A stretch of 63,054 bases of DNA, filler included, from Octopus bimaculoides (lineage: Eukaryota), in assembly GCF_001194135.2 (NCBI RefSeq). It is 5 parts of 5 records of this genome, joined end to end, with 100 filler letters (N's around TTAATTAATTAA, not from the genome) between each part and the next. Parts side by side here need not be neighbours in the genome. Positions count along the whole stretch, not along the records: positions 40,232 to 61,599 come from NC_068999.1; positions 61,700 to 63,054 come from NC_068997.1; 3 more parts are not named here. One strand, given 5' to 3'. The position numbers and the translations under genes are program-made. Positions within the stretch are counted from its first letter, which is position 1. Every line of letters starts with the position of its first letter. The notes beneath the pieces are model-generated. The model was not told the origin of the DNA. It did not search any database and saw only the letters and a list, made by a program, of their open reading frames with translations. Shown here in pieces: positions 50,476 through 63,030 of this stretch.

Positions 50476-51705
50476 TATACACATATATATGTGTGTATGC
50501 ATGGATATAAATGACGTGAAGTAAAAGCGAGAAAAAATAAGCTGTACTCTTTCTCTAATTAAAGGTGAAAATCATATCTTCAGTTTGGTTATAGAATCAA
50601 AAACATATCACGTGACTTAAAAAATATCTTGCTGGTTGTTTTATCTATATATTTATCACTTTAGTTATTATTATTATTATTATTAATGTTATTTTTTATT
50701 TATTTATTTTCCTACATCTTGTTTAGTTGTTTTGCTTCCGCTATTGTAATAACATAATAAGCTTTTTGTTCATTCCTCAGTCACATACGTATATTCACAC
50801 ACTCGCATACAAACAAACATATGTACACACATACATGCACACGCACACATACACAAACACAAAAACACACACACACACACACACTCAAATACATATATAT
50901 CTGTAGGGATGGGGTGGGGTTCGGTGTATGTGTATGTATATAATTCGCTTTTAGTTTTTGTTTTACATATATATATATATTATTGTTTTTCTTAATAATA
51001 TATATATTATTGTTTTTCTTAATAATATATATATTATTGTTTTTACTTGTACGACTTGAAAAAAAATATTCTTCCCAAAACAATGGGCTCGTTATTTTAT
51101 CAACACGAAGAAACATCCAAGAGATACGAACAAATAAGACTTCGTTTTGTTTTTCTAAAAAGTTCAAATTTTGACCACAAAGAGCGGCCATTTTTCCTTG
51201 ACAAAATGCTATCATATTTTTCTCTCTCTCTCTCTTTCTCTTCCTCCCTCTCTCCCTTTAATAGTCTCTTTCACTTTTACTTTTTCTCTTAATATCCTAT
51301 TTACCCTCACTTTATCTCTCTCTCTATCTGCTTTGTCTCCTTATGGCTTTTTCTAATTCCTTACACTCACAGAATATTGATTTTTTATCAGACTATTATT
51401 AATCCACGCCTGCTATATTCTGAATTGAGTTCTTTTCAATTTCATTCAGTTCGCTATTCGGTCCAACGTATGACTTCACACATAGATAGATATTCACATC
51501 ATTAGGCCAGTCAATCCTTTTTTTCACAAAGCCAGCTACACATAGACCTCACAGCGCGTAAATATGGTGGCAAACATGAATTTATACTTACAAGCATACA
51601 TTCGCGTGCGTGACTGTATGTGTATCTGTGTGTGCATTGTGTGTATGCATGATATGCATGTATGCATGTACTATCTATTTACCACTCTCTCTCTCTCTTT
51701 CTCTC

Positions 51706-51736
<31 letters not shown>

Positions 51737-52035
51737 TTGCATATATCATTACGTATGTATTGTCGCTATATATATATACATATACATAAATATATATATG
51801 TATATATATACATACATATATATTTATATATAAGTGTACATATATATGATGTATACATATATATATATTTGAATATATCTATACCTCTCTCTCTCTCTCT
51901 CTCTCGATATATATATATACAGAAAGAGAGAGAGAGGGAGAGAGATACATGTGTATGTACATATATACGGACACATGCATATATCTGTGTGTATGCATGG
52001 AAGACAAAGGAGGGGGAGAGAAGAAGTAAAAGAAG

Positions 52036-52134
<99 letters not shown>

Positions 52135-52534
52135 AAGAAGAAGAAGAAGAAGAAGAAGAAGAAGAAGAAGAAGAAGAAGAGTGTTCAGTATATATATTAA
52201 TAATATTGCATGATTATCATTGGTACTTTTCAAAACTTTAAACTTCACCCAGTGTTACTTCAAAATAAATTATGTAATCCTAAGGAAGATATTTTTATAA
52301 GACATATCTTTTTTTTTAGAATAATGGAGCTCCTGAAGAATGTTATAGAAAACACCGACGGAAAGGCAATCGAAAACTATTCAAATTTGAATTGTTTTAC
52401 CGAATACCTAAAATGCATCTACCTATAGTAGCATCGATACAATACAAATTGAAACTATTAAACCATGAAAGAAATGTACGTTAGATGCTAGAAATAGCGA
52501 CCAAATTTCCCTCAGATCACACCCTACTGCAGTT

Positions 52535-52701
52535 GCAGTGATAGTTGTGCGGTTAAGAAGCTTGGTTTTGCAGCCCATGGTTTCAGGTTCAGTCCCACTG
52601 TGCAGTACTTTGAGCAAGTGTCTTCTTCAATAGTCTCGAGCAGATGAATGCGTCTTATGAGCGAATTTGCTCAAAGAAATTTTATAGTGGAAAGCTTGTA
52701 A

Positions 52702-52761
<60 letters not shown>

Positions 52762-52821
52762 AAATTAGATATGTATATATATATAAATATATATGTTTGT
52801 GTATATATATAAATATAAGTG

Positions 52822-52857
<36 letters not shown>

Positions 52858-53160
52858 TATATGTTTGTGTCTTTACATATTTATATATATACACGTATAT
52901 ATATGTATATATAAACATACATATATAGGGAGAGTATGTGTTTATGTCTTTGTGCTTTTTGTTATCTCGCCACTAACACTTGACAACCTTTGTTAGATCG
53001 TTTACATCCCAGTAACTTAACGGTTCAGCAAAAGGGAGCCAACTGAATAAATACCGAACCTTAAAAATAAGTCCTGGGATCAAAATGTTCGACTAAACAG
53101 ATCAAGATGCTATCCCAGCATGACCACAGCCTCTGTCTGAAACCGATAAAAGAATAATAA
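52535..53160 (+). mobile_element. SINE family B with expanded internal (TA)n
   Basis: First module 52535-52700, TA-rich tract, second module 52940-53160. Confidence 0.7.
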
Positions 53161-53328
53161 AATAGCAAAATAGTAAAGTACTGATCCAAGCCGGTTGATT
53201 GGTCGAATGGCGGTAGAATGTCAGATCGGATACCTTTTGGAAATTATTCCGGTTTTCTGGGAGGCATTTGTATCAAGAGTCCAGCTTAAAGATAATTTGT
53301 TCTCTCTGTCTCTGTTTCTGTCTCTGTC

Positions 53329-53378
<50 letters not shown>

Positions 53379-53435
53379 CTCTCTAACAGAGTTGAAAGGC
53401 CTGTAAATGTGTCATGGGCACTACAAGTGTACATA

Positions 53436-53756
53436 CAGGGTGTTGGTGCTAAATTTGACAGTTTACATAAAAAGAAAACAAAATACAATATCCCAACCAA
53501 AAATAATGATAATAATAATAATAATAATAATGGACCTTTTGAGCGGGATGGGCTACTCGACCTGAAGAAAATTCTTATTGGGTCCCACCTACAAGGTCAT
53601 GCGCTGTTTATCTTGATATGAAATCACCATGTTGCACACATGTTGCGATGCATGTGCCTGGTGTACCCTTATCAGACAGGTAGTCATGATGGGTACACTG
53701 GGCTTCGTATATTTTACTCCAGTGTCACTTTGATGGCATGCCCTGCTCTCTCACTC

Positions 53757-53793
<37 letters not shown>

Positions 53794-54078
53794 GTAAAAA
53801 TCAACTAGATAATAACTGGGAGATAACAGTTCATTTAAAGTTGCCGTATTAGCTTCAACCACAAACGCAACACGGCTCCGGAACCTGTCGCATGCGTCCC
53901 TTACTGTGTCCCTGGGAAGATCTTCGAACATATCACTATATTCAGCCTTGGTGTTGCAGGCAGAGCCATTGGTGTTTTCTCAACCTCACCTCACACATTA
54001 ATCTAAGGGATTACAATCGGGGCAACTCGGAAGCCAAAAATTGGGGCTGGTGAAATCATAGAAATTCTCCGACAACTG
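53436..54078 (-). mobile_element. DD37D mariner 3' end (C-terminal ORF relic plus putative TIR CAGGGTG at 53436), interrupted
   Basis: QLSENFYDFTSPNFWLPSCPDCNPLD / EDLPRDTVRDACDRFRSRVAFVVEA (WPPxSPDxNPxD motif); TA|CAGGGTG terminus. Confidence 0.7.
53532..53756 (+). mobile_element. Non-coding repeat flanked by (AAT)n on both sides
   Basis: Ends ...CAGTGTCACTTTGATGGCATGCCCTGCTCTCTCACTC followed by (AAT)n; (AAT)n also precedes it. Confidence 0.5.
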
Positions 54079-54539
54079 CTACATAAACATATATATTGAG
54101 TACATGTGCATAAACATATATATATGCACTCAATATTCCAAATGTATTGAGTCCTTTCTTAAATTCTGGATACCATTATCATATGATAAAGTATATTTGA
54201 TATGTATGTATATGCGTGTATGTGACTGTGTGTAAGCGTATTATATTTCTAATAGACTCGAGCTGTCATGTGCAGCGAATACATGCGTCAATAAACATGT
54301 ACACACATCTGTAGACCGATACACATCTATATGTGTAACATATACATGTTTGGGCAACATATACTTAGATTACTGTGATGATATTAGTGTATGTTTCTGG
54401 AAAACATTTGACATATCTGACAGTTAACTGGAAGTCTTCCATTTTGTTTAATGATAACGTTAATGTTTGCGACATATCTATGGCACACACACGCATAAAC
54501 GGCTACACTTGTATATATCTGTATGTATGCATCTAAGTA

Positions 54540-54584
<45 letters not shown>

Positions 54585-54811
54585 NNNNNNNNNNATACAT
54601 ATATATATATATATACATACATATATATATATATACATACATATATATATATATACATACATACATACAAACATACATACATACATACATACATATATAC
54701 ATATATATGAGTTTCATGAGCAAACAGTATTGGCTAGGTGACCCAGTAGTGATGTATACCGAAAGATCTGACATTAAATGGTTACTTAGGCAAACAGACG
54801 GATAGCTATTT

Positions 54812-54856
<45 letters not shown>

Positions 54857-54866
54857 NNNNNNNNNN

Positions 54867-54909
<43 letters not shown>

Positions 54910-55102
54910 TTATATGTATAGAAATATATTCACATATTCATAAGCATAAAGATACGCCGGTTGACAGAACGATTTATGTATGTGTACATATGTGTGCTGC
55001 TAGAAAGAAAGATGGACACGCATAAATCACACGCAAATACACCCACCCATATAGATTCACAGACACACACACACACACACACACATTAATATAAACATAT
55101 AT

Positions 55103-55220
55103 ATTTATGGCTATATGACGTTGAAAACATCAGTTCTCGTCCGATCGCTGAAGTTAAGCAACGTCGAGCCTGGTTAGTACTTAGATCGGTGACCGCTTGG
55201 GAAACCTAAGTGCTATAAAC
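55103..55220 (+). pseudogene. Divergent, full-length 5S rRNA-like copy
   Basis: GACGTTGAAAACATCAGTTCTCGTCCGATCGCTGAAGTTAAGCAACGTCGAGCCTGGTTAGTACTTAGATCGGTGACCGCTTGGGAA matches the invertebrate 5S pattern; box C altered; isolated copy, no array. Confidence 0.88.
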
Positions 55221-55231
55221 GTCTTTAAAAC

Positions 55232-55379
55232 TAGGCGCAGCAGTGTGGTAAGAGCCTGCTTCCCAACCACATGGTTCAAGGCTCAGTGGCACCTTGATTA
55301 AGTGTAATTACTATAGCCTCGGGCCAATCAAAGCCTTGTAAGTAGATTTGGTAGACAGAAACTGAAATAAGCCCGTCAT

Positions 55380-55416
<37 letters not shown>

Positions 55417-55617
55417 GTGTGTATGTCTTTGTCCTCCCGCCACCATCGCTTGACAACCGATGTTGGTGTGTTTACATACCCAGAACTTAGCGGTTCGGCA
55501 AAACAGAACGGCAGAATGAGTACTGGGCTTACAAAGAATAAGTCCTTGGATCGATTTGTTTGACTCAAGGCGGTGCTCCAGCATTGCCACAGTCAAACGA
55601 CTGAAACAAGTAAAATA
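55232..55617 (+). mobile_element. SINE family B
   Basis: Head, (GT)n, second module to GACTGAAACAAGTAAAA. Confidence 0.85.
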
Positions 55618-55798
55618 NNNNNNNNNNNNNNNNNNNNNNNNNNNNNNNNNNNNNNNNNNNNNNNNNNNNNNNNNNNNNNNNNNNNNNNNNNNNNNNNNNN
55701 NNNNNNNNNNNNNNNNNNNNNNNNNNNNNNNNNNNNNNNNNNNNNNNNNNNNNNNNNNNNNNNNNNNNNNNNNNNNNNNNNNNNNNNNNNNNNNNNNN

Positions 55799-56078
55799 CG
55801 AACCACTAAGTTACGGGGACATAAACACACCAGCATCGGTTGTCAAGCGATGTTGGGGGGACAAACACAGACATACAAACACACACACACATACACATAT
55901 ATATACACATATACGACGGGCTTCTTTCAGTTTCCGTCTACCAAATCCACTCACAAGGCATTGGTCGGCCCGAGGCTATAGTAGAAGGCACTTGCCCAAG
56001 ATGCCACGCAGTGGGACTGAACCCGGGACCATGTGGTTGGTAAGCAAGCTACTTACCACACAGCCACTCCTACGCCTA
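55799..56078 (-). mobile_element. SINE family B, inverted relative to 55232
   Basis: Reverse complement begins TAGGCGTAGGAGTGGCTGTGTGG at 56078. Confidence 0.88.
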
Positions 56079-56866
56079 TATATATATACATACATATATA
56101 TATATACATACATATGAGGTTTCCATTTGTACACACACACATACACATACTTACAGGCACATAACTATCCGCCTATATACATAAACACACTCGCACATCA
56201 CATATTATCAGAAAACAGGCTTGACTGAATGATAAACAAGTTCGTTTCGCTATCATGCAGCTATGGATTGGATTTTATCATATTGTGTGGTATCTTGGGT
56301 TGACCCAACTATTATGTGTAATGTTAGGTGAACGGAAACTGTTTGGAAGACTGCCTGATGTATGGTCCCTTCTTGTTACACTGTGTCAAGTTATATATAT
56401 ATATATATNNNNNNNNNNNNNNNNNNNNNNNNNNNNNNNNNNNNNNNNNNNNNNNNNNNNNNNNNNNNNNNNNNNNNNNNNNNNNNNNNNNNNNNNNNNN
56501 NNNNNNNNNNNNNNNNNNNNNNNNNNNNNNNNNNNNNNNNNNNNNNNNNNNNNNNNNNNNNNNNNNNNNNNNNNNNNNNNNNNNNNNNNNNNNNNNNNNN
56601 NNNNNNNNNNNNNNNNNNNNNNNNNNNNNNNNNNNNNNNNNNNNNNNNNNNNNNNNNNNNNNNNNNNNNNNNNNNNNNNNNNNNNNNNNNNNNNNNNNNN
56701 NNNNNNNNNNNNNNNNNNNNNNNNNNNNNNNNNNNNNNNNNNNNNNNNNNNNNNNNNNNNNNNNNNNNNNNNNNNNNNNNNNNNNNNNNNNNNNNNNNNN
56801 NNNNNNNNNNNNNNNNNNNNNNNNNNNNNTATATACATATATATATGTTTATCTGTGCGTGCGTGC

Positions 56867-56905
<39 letters not shown>

Positions 56906-56918
56906 TGTGTGTGTGTGT

Positions 56919-57462
56919 ATAAATGGGCTGAAGAAAACAACTTGAAATTTGATGCAAGTAAATTCCGAGCCCTCCGCTGCCAGCTCATAAGTTGCAACAA
57001 CGATACTTTAGACCAAAAGGAGCAGTAAGCCCAGAGCCACCTACAGTGCCTCATCTGGGGGTTGATATGAGCAACGATGCTTCGTTTAACTTGCTCAACG
57101 TACACATCTCCAAGATTGTGGTAATGTGCAGGCAAATGGCCGGATGGATTCTGAGAAACCTCAGAACAAGGGACCAGGAAACTATTCTGGTTCTATGGAG
57201 AACATTTATACTCAGCTTTTTAGACTACTGCTCTCAACTGTGGTCACCCTACAGTGTCAAATTAATAGCAGAACTTGAGGCAGTTTAGCCGTGCTACACC
57301 AGGAAGATTGTATTACGGGAACAGCTGAGCCACTAGGAAAGATTGAAAGAGCTACGACTTTACTCCCCGAAGCGAAGACGAGAGAGGTATGCAATGATAT
57401 AAGTATGGAAGATCCTGGAGGGCTAGCACCAGACTTTAATATCAAAAGCTTTACCAGCTCCC
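56919..57462 (+). mobile_element. CR1/L2-type LINE ORF2 C-terminal relic
   Basis: KWAEENNLKFDASKF / HLGVDMSNDASF..HISKIV..CRQMAGWILR..LDYCSQLWSP..IAELEAV. Confidence 0.82.
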
Positions 57463-57948
57463 GATATATATATGTAACATATGTGATAAATATATAATAT
57501 AAACATATATGTTTACATATAAGACTTCTGGTCCGTGCAAAAATTTAATGTCACAATACAGTAGTTCAATATATATTAATGTAAAAAAAAAACAAAGACG
57601 GAAAACATATCAAAATGCTACGACAGTATTTAATTCTACCTGATAAAATTTGCAATGTGCAAATGAATTGAATAACCGAGAGAAAACCATCTCGATCTAC
57701 CGGAAGTATGCAACATAGACAGCTTGTAATGTTAAGTATCATGAAAGAAACCAAAGTTGTTATTTTCTATATTGTGATGATAAAGGAAGCTTTGCTGAAA
57801 TATCTGAATAACGCATGAAACTTTAGATAATACATTCTGAGGTCTTTAACCTGGTTTCATAGTATGTATATATGTATGTGTGTATGCATCTATGTATATA
57901 TACTTAAGTGTACGCATATCTATATATGTGTGCGTGCGTGTGTGTTTG

Positions 57949-57979
<31 letters not shown>

Positions 57980-58065
57980 TTAAGCGTGATCGAATATAAN
58001 NNNNNNNNNNNNNNNNNNNNNNNNNNNNNNNNNNNNNNNNNNNNNNNNNNNNNNNNNNNNNNNNN

Positions 58066-58099
<34 letters not shown>

Positions 58100-59892
58100 C
58101 TAGCCTTGAAGCCGCACTTGGGGCAACATTCAGGCTAGCTCCTGCGGAGGGCACCTTTGAGGCCTTCAGCTCCACAATCAGGCCGCTTCGCGGCCCGCTA
58201 GCCTTGTGTAATGTAACGTATTCGGATACATTCATCGTATATGTATCTCCCGGTATTAATTATCTGATACACCATTCCAAACACCCTATCCGACATATAT
58301 CTACACACCCATACCCATACACTCAATACCTATACTTCACTCACACCCATACCTAAACTCCATGTCCCATTGTTCATTCACCATGTAGTGTGAATTCCAT
58401 CTCTGTAACAGGGTGTCGGTGTATCAGCCCTTGGACCACTTTCTGCCAGCTTTGCTGATAGACACACAGCTAGTTTCTAGTTTGGCTTACAGTTTCCTAT
58501 AAGAATTGCAGCTACGATTCTAGTCTTGAAGCCGCCCTTCAGGTGGCATTCAGGCTAGCTGGGAATTCTGTAGGGTTTTCTGGTTGAAAAACTCTCGAAC
58601 TCTGGGGCTGAAGGCCCAAACACCAATATGTAACCAGAACAGGAAGATTAGTTTTCCATTGAGGCATAAGTTTCATAAACTACAAAATATAAATATCCAT
58701 ACTACCACACTTCAAACGTACTTGTTATAACTCTTTATCTTGATTTGAATGTACGTGAAGGTATCTAAAACGCCCAAACTTATTTCTGCAAATGTGCTAA
58801 ACACTGATGCTGATCATAGTTTAATCAATAAGCATCGGAGCGAGACAAATGCAGTAAAAACAGTAGGGATCAGTGGGGTCCCATCTAAGCGGCCCTCTGG
58901 GAGTTCATGGTATGAAATTCATTGTCATTGCTCCCATTTGGTCGCCAATGCCATGTATTTAGTTTTGAAATACAGTAAAAACGGTCTAGGAGAAGTTAAC
59001 AAACATGAAAACCGGACAGAGAAACATCAGTCAAATTTATATATATATATGTTGCTGACACAATAATATTGTCGGTTGGTGTCAAAATTGTGATGATATT
59101 TGGTCAATAACTGATGAGGGATGGACATGTCCGAATTCATTGTACGTTTTGTCCTATTCATTCTATATACCCCAGCATACACGCGTGCGCGCGTGTTTTA
59201 CGGAACTTACATACAATTTCTAGCATAGTGGCTTCATGCTACTGAGTTGCCCAGTAATTTTCATCTGGAAAGACAAAAGTTGACGAGGGCGTCAAAATTC
59301 TTGTCAATTATAATGGCGGAATGTGGAAATTTTGTTTTGTAATTGTTGGTAGTCAACCTACCAACATGAATCCTCTGCTGCTGGAAATTCCATCAGAAAA
59401 TTACATTAGAAAATTCCGTCTAGTCTGCATGGACCTCCCTCTTTTGGCTCATTATTAACAAGCGCGTTTGTGCATATGTATCTGTATGTGTTCGATACTG
59501 CAGCATCGGTCAGGAATGTAACACAACCTTTGTTCTTAGTTCTTCAATAGCTGCTTTATCTTATTCGGCTACAGATTTATTATAACTAATCTTAAAATAC
59601 GTGTATCCGTGGTACTGTGACACATGCCTCAGTCACAGGAGGTACCTTATTCAATTACACGAAATATTTGTTTATTGTTGTTGTTACTGCCGTTGTCGTT
59701 AGTGTTGTTGTTGTCGTTGCTGATGCTGTTACTATTTATATTGTTGTTTTGATTCAGAATGTTGTTATTTTCGAAAGAAACATGTTCCCAAACTCCCAAA
59801 TATATAAATTGACACATGTCTCGGTAGAAGTTTGATGTTTATCTTATCTTTTTATCATGTAAAATAGATGATAGACTTATAATAATAATAAT

Positions 59893-60115
59893 AACACGAG
59901 CACTCAGAGAGCGCAAACCTCCGCCAAGGCAACACCAACGTCTTCCGAATGATTAGCCAGAGATGATTTTTAAAATGAGAATATCTGAAATAAACTCGAC
60001 CGCTCTCACAAATGAGATTACTAAAAATGAACGCGGCCGTTCACAAAAATTAAGTAAAAAAAAAAAACTGGAAAAGTAATCCATAATTCTTGTCCGGTAC
60101 CCGATCAATACCAAT
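59893..60115 (-). mobile_element. Possible Helentron-associated non-autonomous (HINE/DINE-1-like) 3' end
   Basis: On the minus strand, GGCGGAGG subterminal motif followed by a GCGCTC-TCT-GAGTGC stem-loop near the end. The 5' partner is not seen. Confidence 0.4.
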
Positions 60116-60569
60116 GGTAGTCATGGAATGTGAAAATGGCTGTAGAAAAATTAGTAACAGTAATAAATAGTTTATCCTTAACTAATACAAGCCAAAGTTA
60201 ACAAATTCACCATTCAAAATAGTTACAGCCAAAAGGAAGATAATTGAGAAAGACATGAAAATTAACGTAAGATCGTATTAATAATGATAATGATAATAGT
60301 TTCACATTTTTGCACAAAGGGAGATGCTAAAGCGAACACATGGTCCTCCAATGCTCAACTGGTACTTATTTTATCGACTCCGAATGGATGAAAGGCAAAG
60401 TCAACCTCGGCGTGCTTATGATTCTGCCAGACCGCCACCTTCATAATAATAATAATAATAATAATAATAGTATGAACTTCAACAACAGCAACAACAACCC
60501 AATGCGGATCGTGAAAACAGAAACAATTCTTATAATTGTTGCATTAGTCATAGTTAGAAAACATACAAA

Positions 60570-60778
60570 TGCATAACCAAAACACCATAACTTATATAAC
60601 ATACAGAAAATAACACTGCTAGACACTGTACACATCCTGCGTAAACCACTTTCAATACAGTGAAAATAACAGCATCAAAAGAAAAGAACAAAAAACACGA
60701 CACATACCCAAGGCACACGGAGCTGAGCTCGGTAGTGCAGTGAAAGTACGTTATAATAATAATAATAATAATAACAAC

Positions 60779-60848
<70 letters not shown>

Positions 60849-60942
60849 TAAATAAAATTAAAAAAATATATTCAGACAAATACATAACAAAAACACCAGG
60901 ACTTACAAATATATATAACATACAGAAAATTGCACTACTGGG
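60570..60942 (+). mobile_element. Two tandem 5'-truncated R4/Dong 3' ends separated by (AAT)n
   Basis: Both match 31050-31314; the second reads KYITKTPGLTNIYNIQKIALLG up to the gap. Confidence 0.72.
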
Positions 60943-60965
60943 NNNNNNNNNNATAATAATAATAA

Positions 60966-60996
<31 letters not shown>

Positions 60997-61403
60997 AAGA
61001 AGAAGAAGAAGAAGAAGAAGAAGAAGAATGTATTAGATACAACAAAATGAAACGAGACCGTTCAAATTTAGTTTATCCAGTCAAGAGTGCAATGAGAGTG
61101 CATAACAACTGAAAAGATCGTCGGTGTTCTGGTTTTATGTCTATGTAAATTAAACATATAGGATCTCAGATATATCACATATATAAAATATTTAATATCT
61201 ACCTCCAGTTAATTATCGTGGAAAACATGTTCTATTAGAGGTACCGAAAAGTAAGGTCGTATCTATCGTCATACCACAAATAGTTTACAAGCCAATAAAA
61301 GTTGTCCTTGCAATTAAATAAACAGCTTAGAGTTAATAACCAATCGTTAATGTAAACACGTACTGTGTGTGAATATGCTCTGATATATATACATACATAC
61401 ATA

Positions 61404-61495
61404 CAGGGGTTGGACAAAATAATGGAAACACCTTAAAAGTTCAAACAAATTTATTTAATATGGGGTAGGACCGCCTTTGGCAGTAATTACAGCTC
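61404..61495 (+). mobile_element. Tc1-like terminal fragment
   Basis: TA|CAGGGGTTGGACAAAATAATGGAAACACC resembles a Tc1-type TIR start; truncated by a microsatellite. Confidence 0.55.
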
Positions 61496-62596
61496 GTATG
61501 TATGTATGTATGTATATATATAAATATATATATATATATATTTATGTACATGTATATGTATCCATGTGTGTGTTTGTGTCTGTGTTCCACCCCCCCCCCN
61601 NNNNNNNNNNNNNNNNNNNNNNNNNNNNNNNNNNNNNNNNNNNTTAATTAATTAANNNNNNNNNNNNNNNNNNNNNNNNNNNNNNNNNNNNNNNNNNNNT
61701 ATATATATATATATATATATATATGCTTTTACTGACATAAATAAGGTGCATATATACACTTTATACGCTTGTGTGTGAGAGAGTGTCTATATGTCGTAGG
61801 TTGTAGGTGTGTGACTGTGTATGTATATGTATCTATGTATACAAATGGGATTGTATATTTCTATGCACCTATCTCCACGAACGAATATATATACATATCC
61901 TTATCATCATTATCATCATCATCATGAACAGCATCATCATCAACTTTATTTTTTAACGTCCGTTTTCCTTGCTAGCATATACACGATTATATTATGTAGT
62001 TAAACATATACTATATTCGGCAGAGAAATTTCTTTAAATATGGGTGTATATTCTTTCAGTACATAAAAGTTTACAGAGTGACTCAACGGCCAAGAATCGT
62101 GGTCTTGGTTCGTATCAAATGGCATGCGTAAGAGACTTGGTTCGCTTTTGTAAACTTCTCCCGACATATAATGTATGAAGATACAACACACGCACAAATG
62201 TGGATACGTGTGTGTGTCCGGGTCTATTGCCGAAAGTGATCGTGTGTACGTACATATCAATATATCTGATGCGCTCACATGTAAGATCATACATATATAT
62301 GTATAGACACACAAACACACACACACAGACACACACTCACACACACATATATATATATATGTATATATATATACACAAACATACATATATATATACATAT
62401 ATACATATGTGTATATATATATGCATGTAAATATACATAGATATATAAAGATATACACATATATGATTATATCCATAGAATAGTATTTATCGCTTGATGA
62501 ATAGATTCGAGGCAGCATGTTAAATAAAACTTTAAACCAAATACGTATTAAATAATATTTAATATTTACGAATAGATAAGGATCTATCTATGAGTG

Positions 62597-62627
<31 letters not shown>

Positions 62628-62743
62628 ATATATGTATATATATNNNNNNNNNNNNNNNNNNNNNNNNNNNNNNNNNNNNNNNNNNNNNNNNNNNNNNNNN
62701 NNNNNNNNNNNNNNNNNNNNNNNNNNNNNNNNNNNNNNNNNNN

Positions 62744-62782
<39 letters not shown>

Positions 62783-62867
62783 CTAATATACATATATATG
62801 TATATATATATAATACACACATATATATATACCGACATACACACACACACACATATATAGTGTTATT

Positions 62868-63030
62868 CTTTTATTCTTTTACTTGTTTTAGTCATTTGAC
62901 TGTGGCCATGCTGGAGCAGGACCATTAGTCGAAGAAATCGACCGCAGGACTTAAGCATAGTAAGGCTAGTGATTGTTCTACCAGTGTCCTCTGCCAAACC
63001 GCTAAGTTATTGGGACGTAAACACATCAAC
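62868..63030 (-). mobile_element. SINE family B second module
   Basis: CTTGTTTTAGTCATTTGACTGTGGCCATGCTGGAGCA...GGGACGTAAACACATCA. Confidence 0.75.

Noticed and set aside
50970-51045. ~27-bp AT-rich tandem repeat, about 2.7 copies
   Set aside because: Simple slippage product beside (TA)n.
1021-62928. Long ORFs in the track spanning N gaps or microsatellites (e.g. 1021-2136, 19838-20803, 45011-46198, 56255-57028)
   Set aside because: Open only because of Ns or YI/CV/poly-K/E/L/D repeats; no real protein signal.
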